NCBI GenBank assembly: GCA_951406725.2
Contig: OX597817.1
Span: 163,680,001-163,744,000 of the forward strand
DNA length: 64,000 nt
From: Octopus vulgaris
Taxonomy: Eukaryota
Direction: 5' to 3'
The notes beneath the pieces were generated by a model. It ran no database searches and was not told the DNA's origin. It saw only the letters and a list, made by a program, of their open reading frames with translations. The position numbers and the translations under genes were made by a program. Numbering within the stretch: position 1 is the first letter of the stretch; each line of letters starts with the position of its first letter. Positions 27,430 to 40,670 of this stretch are shown here, in pieces.

Positions 27430-27799
27430 GGAGAAGAGAAGTTGCTAAAATATAAGAGAATTTTAATTCTTGCAGACGATCGTTTCGTACAGAGGTATAA
27501 AAATAATGCAAATTCGTTACAGAATTAAATTAAATTAATTAATTATGTATCAATGTACTCTTCAGTGTAAGAAGTATAAACGAAATTTTTACAAAGAACT
27601 TGAGAAGGGAAACAGCAGAATATAATCTAGCAGATTCATATTTATCCTTATGAGGAAATGAGATGTGAGTCCAGTTAGGTATTAACTATTAACTTAATTC
27701 AATTCAGTAATAAATTTGCATTATTTTTACATATCTGTACGAAACGATCGTATGCATGAATTAAAATTTTCTTATATATTTTAACAACTTCTCTTCTCC
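27430..27799. mobile_element. Fold-back element with ~115-bp diverged inverted arms (27430-27545 / ~27680-27799)
   Basis: ggagaagagaagttg...gacgatcgtttcgtacaga vs tctgtacgaaacgatcgta...caacttctcttctcc. Confidence 0.85.
27467..27573 (-). ncRNA. Type I hammerhead ribozyme motif, canonical core
   Basis: RNA: uucuuaca CUGAAGA GUACA-(~60 nt)-UGUAC GAAA CGAUCG UC / ugcaagaa; predicted cut between 27475 and 27474. Confidence 0.8.
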
Positions 27800-27889
27800 A
27801 AACAACAATTTCTAAATTCGGTATGTGGTGAGGCAATTAGCTGACCCCTAATTATAATTATGGTTATGATTATAGAACATATATATATA

Positions 27890-28072
27890 TTCTCTCCTCT
27901 CCTTTTTCTCTCTTCTTGTATCTCGCCTTGTTTTTTCTGTGTCCCTTGCTGTAGAAGAGCGTAGGCTCGAAACGCAAAAGACTTTTTCTATTCCTGATAG
28001 TTATACTAATATATCTGTTTGTTTTGTACACCACCTGTCTTCGTCTTTTGTTTTTTTCGTAAACTCTCCCCA
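27890..28072 (+). mobile_element. TA-embedded short element, family E, with variant hammerhead-like motif at 27945-27980
   Basis: Similar to 52097-52250; CTGTAGA-A-GAGC-gtag-GCTC-GAAA-CGCA. Confidence 0.7.
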
Positions 28073-28789
28073 TATATATATATATATATATATATTCTTT
28101 TATTTGTTTCATTCGTTTGATTGTGGCCATGCTGAAACACCGCTATTATAGACGTATACCATCAAATCATTGCTAAATAGTTGACAAATCTCTAGTGTAG
28201 GCACATACAGACACATATTGTCGCAATCAGTAGCATAAACAGAAACAGAAAATTAACTATTAATGACATACAGTAATAGATATAGTCTTACTAACCAAGT
28301 CACTGTTATAGACATATACAGACACGTCATTGTTATACAAAAATGTTCTAATTTAAATAGGAATCAGGTGATGGAAATAAAAATGAATGTAAACAAAATA
28401 TTATGTGAACTCAATGACACGATCCAATGGCAATGTTTCTTATTGTTTGACTTGCCATTTTTAGTGTTGTTTTGCTTTGTCTGAATCATATTTTTTCTTC
28501 CTTTTTCTCTTTTATTTTCACTCTCTCTTTTTCTCTCTCACCTCCTTCTCTCTCTTTCTCTCTCTCTCTACACGCACACATATATATATACACGTATATA
28601 TATGTACATATATATACATTTATATATATATATATATGTATATACATATACATATATCTATATATATGTATATATATAGATATACATATATATACATATA
28701 CACACAAAAACATATATATATATATATACATATAATATCAGGGTAATAAAGAATTTAGAAACTTTTACTACCTGTGGCCTAGCGTGTAG

Positions 28790-28933
<144 letters not shown>

Positions 28934-29134
28934 CATATACATACATGCAGACATATACATATACACACATAGACGCTTATGTACACACACATATACATAT
29001 TTACACGCACACACACATACACATACATTACACACATACATAGATGCATGTATGTTTCTCCGTGGGTGGGTATACGTTTCTATTTATTGACTTTTAACTT
29101 CCACTTTCTGTCTCTCTGACTCTCTTTCTCTTTG

Positions 29135-29205
<71 letters not shown>

Positions 29206-30859
29206 CACGCTCTCCTTTTCTTCTCGGTTTCTTCTCCTTTTTCTTCCTATTCCTTTGTCTTCACATTTCTATATATACACGAATGTGTGTACACATCTCG
29301 GATAACATTTGAAGGAAATTTGGTAGCTATTTCTAGCATACTGAATAACAACTTAGAGATTCATCCATTAACTCGAGTATATGTACGTGTAACTGCATAT
29401 ATATGTGTGTGTTCATACGCATGCGCGCATGCACGCCTTTGTGTACAACTGTATATCTGAGTACATGCGTGTGTGCTTTCTTCACCCTAATATATTTCAA
29501 CCAGTCAAATCTTTTTCTAATTCATTTGCTGTTTCTGTGTTTCTCTTTTCTTTCTCACTATCTTTCTGTAATCGTATCTTATCCTCTCGCTCTTTATCTC
29601 TAATTATACATTCTTGGTTATCTTGTTCATTAGATTTATTAGATATTTCGTTTATTAGATTTTATAAAACGTTCTTCGTCTCAGTTCTCTTTTACATCCT
29701 CTCTTCCTTTTCCTCTCTCTCTCTCTCTTCCTCTCCCTTTCCCTCTCTAGTTATGCCTCACCGTCATTTATTTCTCTTATGTGACTAATTTCTTTTATCA
29801 TCCCATCTAATTTCTTTTTTTTATTAAGTTTATTTCTGCATTTAATTTCATTATGCAATACTATATTAATCTTATTTCCTTCGGTCTTCGGTTTTTAATC
29901 TTATTATGTTCGATTAGAAATTCAATTGAAAATATGTAGGACACTAAGACCTTCGCCATTGTTTCTCTGTTCTCAGATTGGATCTCAAACATTATAGTTT
30001 TCTCGCTTCTTCTTTATTCATTATAGCCTCTTAACATATTCATTACAGATTTTATAACAATATATTTTTCTTTCTTACCACTGGCTTGTTTTAGTACAGC
30101 TTTCTTCACCACTGTAAATTTTCATTGATTATTATCTGTGATTCAAGAGTATCTTTCCAGCAGACGATAGGCAAATATTTTGGAATTGTTTAGCACACTT
30201 TCATTGAATTTGCTTTTGTGTGTGTATGTGTGTGTGTACGACAGTAATGAGGGTTATATTTCATTGACAGAGAGAAATAACTAGAATTTTGAAAATTTAA
30301 TCAAATCCAAAGTCAATTTAATCAAAGCGTTTATGACAATTTTAAATCGTATTTAAATCCGTTAAGTGGGTCGTTGCATTTAGCTTCAGCATTTTCTGCT
30401 TAGGCTCATTAATATTTAAATTAGCTTAAAATAATGTATTTCTAATATATTCTGTGTTAAATTTGAAAACTATGCAGCATGACAGAAATTGTTTCCTGAA
30501 AATACCTAAGACGGATAATTGTGCAGTATTTAATCAATAATATCGCCAATGACCATCGATACATGAACACAACATTACTTTTCTTTGGATAAAAACAAAC
30601 CGTTATGGCTATTTCTCAATAGTCTTTTCTACACAGAGCTAATAAAGAGAAATACGTCTTCTACTGATGTGGTATCATTTTTGTTGTAAATAGTTTTATT
30701 ATGCATCACTTTATTGACTGGATAATATTCTAGAGTCTAGAATAAACCGATGGTTTATTTTTAATTCTTTGTCCGCTAAAAATTTATTGTAAACACGCTA
30801 GTAAATAATGGTTTCAAATTTTGGCACAGAGCCAGCGGTTTTTGAGGGCCGGAAAAATC

Positions 30860-31320
30860 GATTGCATTCACCCCAGAATTTGACTGATACTTATTTTATC
30901 GATGCGAAAGGATGAAAGGCAAAGTCGGCCTTGGCGGAATTTGCACTCAGAACGGAAAGACAGGAGAAAGGCTACTAAATATTAGGCACGGGATGCTAAC
31001 GGTTATGCCAGCCTGCCGCCATTAACACACAAGTAAATAATGATTCCCTTTCAGTAGAAATGTGTGTGTGTGTATGTGTGCGTGTGTGTGTGAGTTTGTG
31101 TGTGTGTATGTGTGAGTTTGTATGTATGTGTGTGTTCAATTTTAATATGTGTAAGGCGGTGAACCGGCAGAATTATTAGCGCGCCGGACAAGGTTAAGTT
31201 GCTTCGCGGAGCTTCGTCTGTCTTTGCGTGGTGAATTCGAGTTTCGCCGAGGTCGACTTTGCCCTTCAAGCATCCGGGAGTCGATAAGAATAGGTACCAG
31301 TTGGGTACTAGGGTCAATGT
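30860..31320. mobile_element. Two diverged SINE family B-like copies, head to head (- ~30860-31020, + ~31155-31320)
   Basis: gaaaggatgaaaggcaaagtcgg and gccgaggtcgactttgcc motifs. Confidence 0.75.
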
Positions 31321-31415
31321 AATCCTTATACCATTCCCTTTCCGCTCGCCGAAAATACTGGCTTTCTACCAGTATTAATATTCGTACCTCCTATTGGATT
31401 ATATATATATTTATT

Positions 31416-31504
<89 letters not shown>

Positions 31505-31609
31505 ATATATATATCTATAAATAAGGGCAACAATTTAGAAATTTAACCTTTTAAGGAATTTTTTAATATGCTGGCCATTGATAAAATTTTTTTTAGAAAA
31601 ATTTTTATC

Positions 31610-31667
<58 letters not shown>

Positions 31668-32030
31668 TATATTATATTTGAAGCGAAAGAAACATCGTTT
31701 TTTTTTTTTACATGTTATCCAAGCGCATCAGGTTCCATCACAGCTTATACACTATAACATATTTGGGGATTTAGAAAAGTATAATATATTATCACGTTTG
31801 AAATTTGTCAATAAATTGTGCCAAATATCCCAAATATGGAGTGTATGAAGCATAATTCATGTCTTAAATATAGAGCCTTTTTTGTAAGTCTATACAATCT
31901 ATTCTTTTCTTTTAACCCAGAGATTCGTAAACTTTCTTCGTGTCCAGCAATGTAGGTTTACTCTACGTATAAAGAATATAGTTAAAGATCGTTGTATACC
32001 ATAAGCCACTCAATAGAAATGTACTGTTAA

Positions 32031-32240
32031 GGCGGCGAGCTAGCAGAAACGTTAGCACACCGGGCGAAATACTCAACAGTATTTCGTCTGTCATTACGTT
32101 CTGAGTTCAAATTCCGCCGAGGTCGACTTTGTCTTCATCCCTTCGGGATCGATAAATTATTTACGCACTAGTGTCGATGTAATCGACTTAATCCGTTTGT
32201 GTGCCCTTGTTTGTCCCCTCTGTGAGCAGTAAAGAAATAA
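32031..32240 (+). mobile_element. SINE family B monomer
   Basis: ggcggcgagctagcagaaacgttagc...agtaaagaaataa. Confidence 0.9.
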
Positions 32241-33189
32241 GAAATGTACTGTTTGTTAATAATTTAATTGAATTTAATTTAAAGTTTTCAAATTCCACCG
32301 TGGTCAACCAAAGTTAGTAAAATAAAGTACCAGTCAAATACTGGTGTTGATATAATTGACTGCCAAAGTATCTGGTCTCACACCTATGTAGGAAATTTCA
32401 TTCTATTTAATTTTACAATTTCAGTGAAGCACACCTGCATATCATTCTCGATTGCGACATTTGCATTTGTTTATAAACTCCAAAACATTTGTTCACAATA
32501 AGTGGATGAGAACAATAACAGGTTCTCCACACATTTTCTCAACATAAGATGTGTTTAGCTGCTTGCCCTCCTTAAAGTTCCATTGTTTTTGCAAACGACA
32601 CCTAGCTATACAATTTCTCTTGCGCACTCCTACGCGCATGCATAGCCCAGTTTGAAGACACCTTCTTAAACTTTTTCCAAAATTTTTTTTCGATGAAACT
32701 TGGTTGAAACTAAGTTGGGAATCAACACCAATTTTCAACGGTAATATATAATTATTTCCTCTCTCGTTATCTTGACAGGATACCACCTAAAATGACATCA
32801 TTAATTCTTGGAGGTTTAAATTATTTGAAACTGTCAAAACTATTTCAATAGTTCTTGTTTTTGTTCTTCATTAGCTGTATTCGACTCTGAACTGTATAAT
32901 TATTCTTCCTTAGAACTACAAACGCGTCACGTTTATCAGCAATGTCCTTGCCACATTAGACGAAATATCTCACATACTCAATTGTTGAGAAGGTGTTTAA
33001 TTACTCAGTTGATATACCTCAATCTACTCAACTGACAGTTTCAATATCATTACTGCCATTCAAATTAAAAGCTGACATTGATTCAATGAGGTTGTGTTTA
33101 TATCTTGCTATTTAAATTCTGCAGCATCACTGCGATTTATACAATTCTTTACAACTTAGACACAACACCAGAAATTTTGTGGGGATGAG

Positions 33190-33363
33190 GAAAATCGATC
33201 ACATCGACACCAGTACTTGACTGATACTTCATTTTATTGACCCCGAAAAGATGAAAGGCAAAAGTCGACCTCGGCGGAATTTGAACTCAGAAAATAAAGA
33301 GCCCAAAGAAATACCACTGAGCATTTTGTCCGATGCGCTAACGATTCTGCCAACTCGTCGCTT
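33190..33363 (-). mobile_element. SINE family B-like copy
   Basis: ccccgaaaagatgaaaggcaaaagtcgacctcggcggaatttgaactcag. Confidence 0.8.
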
Positions 33364-33465
33364 TACTCTTAGGATGTGCAATGTTTCTTGAAATGGATAT
33401 TTGAACTACAAATAGAAACGACTGTAAAACAAAAAATCTCCTGCATATGTTTAAAGGGGGCGGCG

Positions 33466-33481
33466 GTGGTGGTGTTGGTGG

Positions 33482-33532
<51 letters not shown>

Positions 33533-33576
33533 CGATGATGACGATGATGACGACGATGACGATGATGACGATGATG
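33466..33576. repeat. (GGT)n/(GAT/GAC)n microsatellite
   Basis: Direct reading. Confidence 0.96.
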
Positions 33577-34002
33577 GGCGGGGATGCCACTGAAATGAGA
33601 GTGTTTCCATTAACTTTTCAAGCTGCTGAAGATATCTGTCGGTCGCAACTTTTGACTGTTCTGTGACCGTCATTCGGTGACGAGATAGGATTTGAATTCG
33701 GAAAGTACTCATCTGGAACAGACGCCGAAAAACATTGCCTCTGCTGTTCTATCAATACCGTCAAACCATCGTCCGGGAATAGGGCCTTTGCTTTTTTCGG
33801 GGTTTTTTTTTTTTCTATTTCATTATTAACACCCGAAACAGGGAAAGCCAAGGTCTGCCTCAATGGGATTTGAAAACAATGCATAGACCATCAGAACAAA
33901 TACTGCTAAACATTCTATCCATTAATCTAATGACTCTGCCCAATCTTCTTGATGGTTAGATGGCAGGGTGTCGGTAGAGACACCCCTCAGCATACAATCC
34001 AG

Positions 34003-34201
34003 AAATCGAACGATTCTGACGAATTTGCCACCTTTTGTACCAGAATCAACTTTTTAGCTGAATAATTCTGGCGTATTAAAAGAACGCCAGGAAGTGTTTC
34101 TCTTGTTTGGATTTGAAGAAATTAATTTTAAAATTACTTCTTTGTATAGAACAGCGGTTATAGAAATTGCGGTCCTGTCTGTCTAAATTCTTATCAACAC
34201 A
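34003..34201 (+). repeat. ~200-bp repeat, inverted partner at 36673-36871
   Basis: aaatcgaacgattctgacgaatttgccacc...ctaaattcttatcaacaca vs tgtgttgataagaatttag...ggtggcaaattcgtcagaatcgttcgattt. Confidence 0.88.
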
Positions 34202-34976
34202 AAATTTCATGACTGCATTAACTAGCGAACAGCTAAAGAAATGTTGGTTAAAAAAGTAGATTCAATTAGTGAATGAAAATATTTTAGAATTACAGCCAAA
34301 TATGTGTGTGTGTGTGTATTTGTATTTGCGTATGTGTGTGTATTTATACGACTGTGTGAATATGTGTGTTTTTATCTGTGTATGTGTGAGTATTCGTGTG
34401 TACATGTGTATGTGTTTGTTTGAGTGTGTGTATATGTGCGTGTGTGAGTGTGTTTATGTGCGTGTGTTTGTCTAAGTGTGTGTAAACGTGCGTGTGTTTG
34501 TATAAATGATTATGTATGTGTATATTTTTATGAGCTGGTATGTGTGTATATCTGTGTGTGTGTGTGTATTGAAAAGATTAAGAGGTTTCGCATGTGTAAA
34601 TTTATATTAACGACAACTGGATAAAATACTTTGAGAACTCTCTCATGAATACAAGGAAGAAATTACTTACAAATTATCTCCATACGATACCGGTTTCAAT
34701 TATTTAAGATGAATTAGTCCAGGTATAATACAAAGGAACTTAAACAATTAAACTGAATTAAATTTAATTAATGTCTCCTGATGTTTCAGATGTTTTTGTT
34801 ACAAAATCTACGTGGTAGTAGTTACTGATATTATTGGTTCTAACAGCTTTAGCGTTGGTTATTATTGTTTCATCATATATATATATATAGATATGTATAT
34901 ATATATATTGGTAAAAACGGTAAGATAACAAAAGAAAGAAAGAGACCTCGATATTATGTAAATAGAGGAATATATC

Positions 34977-35166
34977 TGTAAATGTAATATGTGACAATTA
35001 TTCGGTAGCCAAGATAAAACTCCAACTTTCGGATGCCGAGGTGGAAATCCACATTGCGTTTTTCCGATGGCCGGATAACTGAAGAGATGGTGGTGTGGAT
35101 TTCCACCTCGGCATCCGAAACTCAGAGTTTTATCTTGGCTACCGAATAATTGTCACATATTACATT

Positions 35167-35170
<4 letters not shown>
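34977..35170. mobile_element. Fold-back element, 77-bp arms (34977-35053 / 35094-35170)
   Basis: Near-perfect reverse complements around a 40-bp spacer. Confidence 0.9.
35074..35134 (+). ncRNA. Type I hammerhead ribozyme motif
   Basis: gauaa CUGAAGA GAUG...CAUCC GAAA CUCAGAG UU / uuauc; stem II has a 1-nt bulge, site GUU. Confidence 0.65.
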
Positions 35171-35236
<66 letters not shown>

Positions 35237-35237
<1 letters not shown>

Positions 35238-35367
35238 TTTATTTAAAAGCAGCAGAAATTCAACAAAACCTGTTACTTTGAGTTTCACGTTTCCGTTCGT
35301 CGGACGAACGGAAACGTGAAACTCAGAGTAACAGGTTTTGTTGAATTTCTACTGCTTTTAAATAAAG
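35237..35367. repeat. 131-bp palindrome (65-bp arms, 1-nt centre, 2 mismatches) centred in a hammerhead core
   Basis: ...tttcacgtttccgttcgtc-g-gacgaacggaaacgtgaaa... Confidence 0.92.
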
Positions 35368-35494
35368 CATATTACTCTATCCCTGGTATTTGAGTACTCT
35401 TTTTTCCACCTTGTTTCACATTTATGTGCTTACTCCGGTATATATATATATATATTTAAAAAAGATGTGGAACACGAGTTGTGATATATAAAAA

Positions 35495-35620
35495 AAGGAA
35501 AAGAAGAAAATGCTGACAAAATAATTTAAGTAAGGGAGAGTGTATTTAATTAGGTGAAAGTTCACCTAATTAAATACACTCTCCCTTACTTAAATTATTT
35601 TGTCAGCATTTTCTTCTTTT

Positions 35621-35624
<4 letters not shown>
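35495..35624. repeat. Perfect 130-bp hairpin (64-bp arms, 2-nt loop)
   Basis: aaggaaaag...ttaggtgaa-ag-ttcacctaa...cttttcctt. Confidence 0.95.
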
Positions 35625-35684
<60 letters not shown>

Positions 35685-35879
35685 GAGTATGCGTGTATGT
35701 GTGTGCGTGTGTATTTGTGTGTTTGTGTGACGAATTCTCTCGTCATGAATGACAAATGAGGGTTCAGTAAAATAAAGAGGTAATCATGTTCTCTGGACAC
35801 AAATATGTCTCTTGAGGCCTGCTGGTAACTTGCATACCTTTTGGCAAAGGAAACAAGTTGTGGACTCAGTTTGCTCGAG

Positions 35880-36232
35880 TGCTTGTGGATCATTTGCTAT
35901 GTGTTTTCTTGAGTGGATGGCAATCCTGCTTTTGCCTTCGTGCTACAAAACCACAATGCCAGGTAAGGTTTTCATTTAGAGGAACAGCATTTTGCCATCG
36001 TGCCTTCATGTTTGCACGAAGTTGGTCCCGATGTACGAGTCAACTTTGTTCAACTCTTTGAACTGAGGAGAAGCCAGACTGCGTTCTGATGTTTGTTTTC
36101 CCAGGAAGAAAAGAAAATGTTGCATCGCTTCAAGTTGTCTTTTAGTTTGTCTTTCAAGGGCTTTAATGACCTTCCAAGTGACCTTCCTGTTTGGAATTGG
36201 TCAAAGAGAAGTTGCTTCGGAAATATTGATAT
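35880..36232 (-). pseudogene. Old RTE-clade LINE 3' fragment
   Basis: [35 protein letters not shown]...WE aligns by eye with PKDILYGELARG.RSVGRP..RYKD..KRDMKACNI...WE of the 10404 ORF. Confidence 0.7.
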
Positions 36233-36321
36233 CACTCATATATACTCTTTTACTTATTTCGGTCAATTTGAATGTGGCCACGCTGGAGTACCGCCTTAAT
36301 TATGTATATATATATATATAC

Positions 36322-36472
<151 letters not shown>

Positions 36473-36507
36473 TATGTAATTATAAAAATATAATTATAAT
36501 TCAGGAC

Positions 36508-36622
36508 TACTGGAAGAACCAGTGCCTGCGCTAGAAGTAAATGTCAAATACATACAATCAATTCTAAAATTTCTTCTGTATATTGACATCTACTTCTAGC
36601 GCAGGCGCTGGTTTTTCCAGTA
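36508..36622. repeat. Hairpin, 40-bp arms (36508-36547 / 36583-36622)
   Basis: tactggaagaaccagtgcctgcgctagaagtaaatgtcaa vs ttgacatctacttctagcgcaggcgctggtttttccagta. Confidence 0.88.
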
Positions 36623-36672
36623 ACCCTTACATACATACATCTAATATATATATACATAATGCATGTATCTAT

Positions 36673-36871
36673 GTGTTGATAAGAATTTAGACAGACAGCA
36701 CTGCAATTTCTCTAACCGCTGTTCTAAACGAAGAAGTAATTTTAAAATTAATTTTTTTCAAATCCAAACCAGAGAAACACTTCCTGGCGTTCTTTTAATG
36801 CGCCAGAATTACTTAGCTAAAAAATTGGTTCTGGTACAAAAGGTGGCAAATTCGTCAGAATCGTTCGATTT
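36673..36871 (-). repeat. Inverted partner of 34003-34201
   Basis: Reverse-complement match with scattered substitutions. Confidence 0.88.
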
Positions 36872-37011
36872 TCATACGAAATGCTATCCCAGGACGAGTA
36901 CTGCAGTTACCAGACTTACATCAGTGGACCTGCATTAAATTGGATATACAGAACGCTTTATACATGCATACATGCAAACATACAGAAAGACAGACAATCA
37001 GACAGACAGAC

Positions 37012-37058
<47 letters not shown>

Positions 37059-37063
37059 TAGAT

Positions 37064-37271
37064 TTGTTGTTGTTGTTGTTAAGTAACAAGACGAGTAAGG
37101 GTGATTAGGTGATGGTCTAGGGCTTAGGGGCGGGAGAACCCAGACCTTGGGAAAAAAAACTTTGGTCGTCTTGTTGTAGTCGAGTGCTCTTTGTTGACGC
37201 CCGACACCACTTGGAGGTGGCCCTCGAAGTCGCTGGAAATGAAGATCTTCAGGTTCAAATCCTTGAACGGC
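37064..37271 (-). mobile_element. Probable LINE 3' end with (AAC)n tail inserted in a (TCTA)n/(TCTG)n array
   Basis: GC-rich block between GACA and GATA runs; minus strand ends ttactt-(aac)5. Confidence 0.55.
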
Positions 37272-37332
<61 letters not shown>

Positions 37333-37442
37333 TAAAATTCTTTATTCCGCAACGATGCTTGAGAAAAACTTTAATTTTCTGCACATAAATATTCCCAAAT
37401 GATATACTAGAAAAATCCACAGCAACATGAATAGCAACGAAG

Positions 37443-37488
<46 letters not shown>

Positions 37489-38037
37489 ACAACAACAACA
37501 ACAACAACAACGGAACATTTTACGAATCTATAAAATTCTATCAAGAGAAACCTTGGGACTACCACCCAAATCATCCACCAAATTCTAACCACATATTATA
37601 GTAATCAAAGGGAAAACATTTCATATCCTTATAACATCCTGAATACAAAGTTTCATACTGTATCACAACAATAACCCCAGGGAGAATGTTTTATATTTTT
37701 ACTCACTATGAAGAATTTTGACGTCAGCAGCCGACAGCCGATATACATTCAAACTAGGAGAGCCAAGACATGAATATAATATAAATTTGCAGTATAAAGC
37801 GTGTTGAACGAGGCAAGCAGAGAGGTTTGCGAGAATTCTTAAAGGAATAATTTCCGTAATACAATAAAAGATTCTTGAACGTGAAAAGCTTAAAGGAAAA
37901 TCTGAAAGTTAGATTTAATCATGCTTTCTACATGATTGAAAAATCTATTCAACAGTTGTACATGTGTATATAGACACAAGCGAGCGTACACACATACATA
38001 CAGGAGCGCTCGTGCACACACATACATATAAGAGATT

Positions 38038-38117
<80 letters not shown>

Positions 38118-38145
38118 TATTTTGTTTGATCGTTTACTTGTTTTA

Positions 38146-38370
38146 TATTTCTTTATTGCCCACAAGGGGCTAAAGATAGAAGGGACAAACAAGGACAGAC
38201 AGAGATTAAGTCGATTACATCGACCCCAGTGCGTAACTGGTACTTATTTAATCGACCCCGAAAAGGATGAAAGGCAAAGTCGACCTCGGCGGAATTTGAA
38301 CTCAGAACGTAGCGGCAGACGAAATACTGCTAAGCATTTCGCCCGGCGTGATAACGATTCCGCGACCGCG
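38146..38370 (-). mobile_element. SINE family B monomer
   Basis: Colinear with family B. Confidence 0.9.
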
Positions 38371-38790
38371 CGTTTACTTGTTTTAGTCACTAGACTGCGG
38401 CCATGCTGTGACCCCACCTTGAAGGGAACATAATTTTGTAAGCCAAGTGCATATTCTTATTCACTTCAGGTGGAGAGAGCGTGGAGGGAGAGCGAGAAAG
38501 AGAGAGAGGGGGAGAGATGAGAGAGAAGGGTAAAAGTGAAGAGAGAGAGAGAGCGGTAAGATAGAGAGCAAAGAGATCGTGAATATGTGAGGGGGCGTAT
38601 ACCTAATTTACAGGGATGTATATATAGAGATCTGAACCAGGGATTGAAGAGGGTGAGTGCGCAGGTATTGCTCAAGAGATTGTGAAAGGAGAGTGAGAGA
38701 CAGAAATGTACTGATTGAGAATAAGTAGGCGAGAATAAGTAGGCAAGATGACAGTTTTCTACCGCAAATTTAAAGAGATGTTATAAATAT

Positions 38791-39020
38791 CTCTTTACTA
38801 CCCACAAGGGGCTAAACACAGAGGGGACAAACAAGGACAGACAAAGCGATTAAGTCGATTCCATCGACCCCAGTGCGTAACTGGTACTTAATTTATCGAC
38901 CCCGAACCGAAAGGATGAAAGACAAAGTCGACCTCGGCGGAATTTGAACTCAGAACGTAGCGGCAGACGAAATACGGCTACGCATTTCGCCCGGCGTGCT
39001 ACCGTCTCTGCCAGCTCGCC
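38791..39020 (-). mobile_element. SINE family B monomer
   Basis: Colinear with family B. Confidence 0.9.
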
Positions 39021-39128
39021 ATATACCCTCCGCCATTAGAGCCTGACGAGTCGTCTATAAAGCTATGCGCTTTATGTGGATGCGGAACCATTGGTCACTC
39101 TCTGATTGGGCATATATTTAACTGCATG

Positions 39129-39204
<76 letters not shown>

Positions 39205-39237
39205 GAAAAATACAGTGCACATTTAAACACATAAGAG

Positions 39238-39587
39238 ATGACCGATAATAGGACATCTGACTCACTAGAAAGAGCAGTTAAAACTCCAAGCCACTAATAG
39301 TTGCAATTCTGAAAGGGAATGAAAAATAGAAACATTTACTCTATTTTTCCTGGACTATGCATAGTTTCTGCAATCTTATATAAATTAAAATAAAGTAATT
39401 TTGATTTACATCTGGCGTTGCTTCGTCAGCAGGATACCAGGGATGACATATAGAGACGAGGCAATGAGTAACATACCTCGTGTCAATATGTTATAATGTT
39501 TTCGAATCCTCCGCGCAAATGTGGAACTATCCGGGGGTAAATTTTAACTGCTTTTTCTAGTGAGTCAGATGTCCTATTATTGGTCAT
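39238..39587. mobile_element. TA-embedded fold-back element with ~46-bp inverted arms
   Basis: atgaccgataataggacatctgactcactagaaagagcagttaaaa vs ttttaactgctttttctagtgagtcagatgtcctattattggtcat; related fragment at ~13230-13285. Confidence 0.85.
39348..39434 (-). ncRNA. Type I hammerhead ribozyme motif, canonical core
   Basis: RNA: uccug CUGACGA aGCAA-(~44 nt)-UUGCa GAAA CUAUGCAUAG UC / cagga; stem III is the 12-nt palindrome ACUAUGCAUAGU; first stem II pair is A.A. Confidence 0.75.
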
Positions 39588-39589
39588 AT

Positions 39590-39626
<37 letters not shown>

Positions 39627-40064
39627 AATACATTATATTAAAACATTATATTAAAACTAGGTTAGACTGCGTGCATTTTCCTTCTTTTATTTTATATATT
39701 TTTTGCATTACAACTCACCACGTGGGGATAATCGAAATTCTCCTCCTTCCTCTTTTCTCATATATATATATATATATATACACGTATGTATGTGTGCATG
39801 TTCGTATGTGTGTGCTTAGTGGTATAGTTGTAATTTAGGTGAATTTGTCAATATGAAAACATATGCGTTAATTTGTCTGGCTTGTCAAAATTGTTTTATA
39901 TTGCACTTATATTCTTGACCTTCTCAACTGACCTCCTTTTCGCATCTATTGTAATTTTCTTCTGTTTGTCAAAACAATGTTGCTAAACGTTTTTGTACGC
40001 GGTCAAGTACTTGTGTGGTGATTACATGTTATCGCGTGAGTAAATGTACATGTGTGCGTGTGTC

Positions 40065-40125
<61 letters not shown>

Positions 40126-40139
40126 GCATCTGAGTGATA

Positions 40140-40670
<531 letters not shown>

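Noticed and set aside
39033-39070. Isolated CTGACGAG (also CTGATGAG at ~26428 and CTGACGA at ~34016)
   Set aside because: No matching stem II, GAAA and stem III downstream
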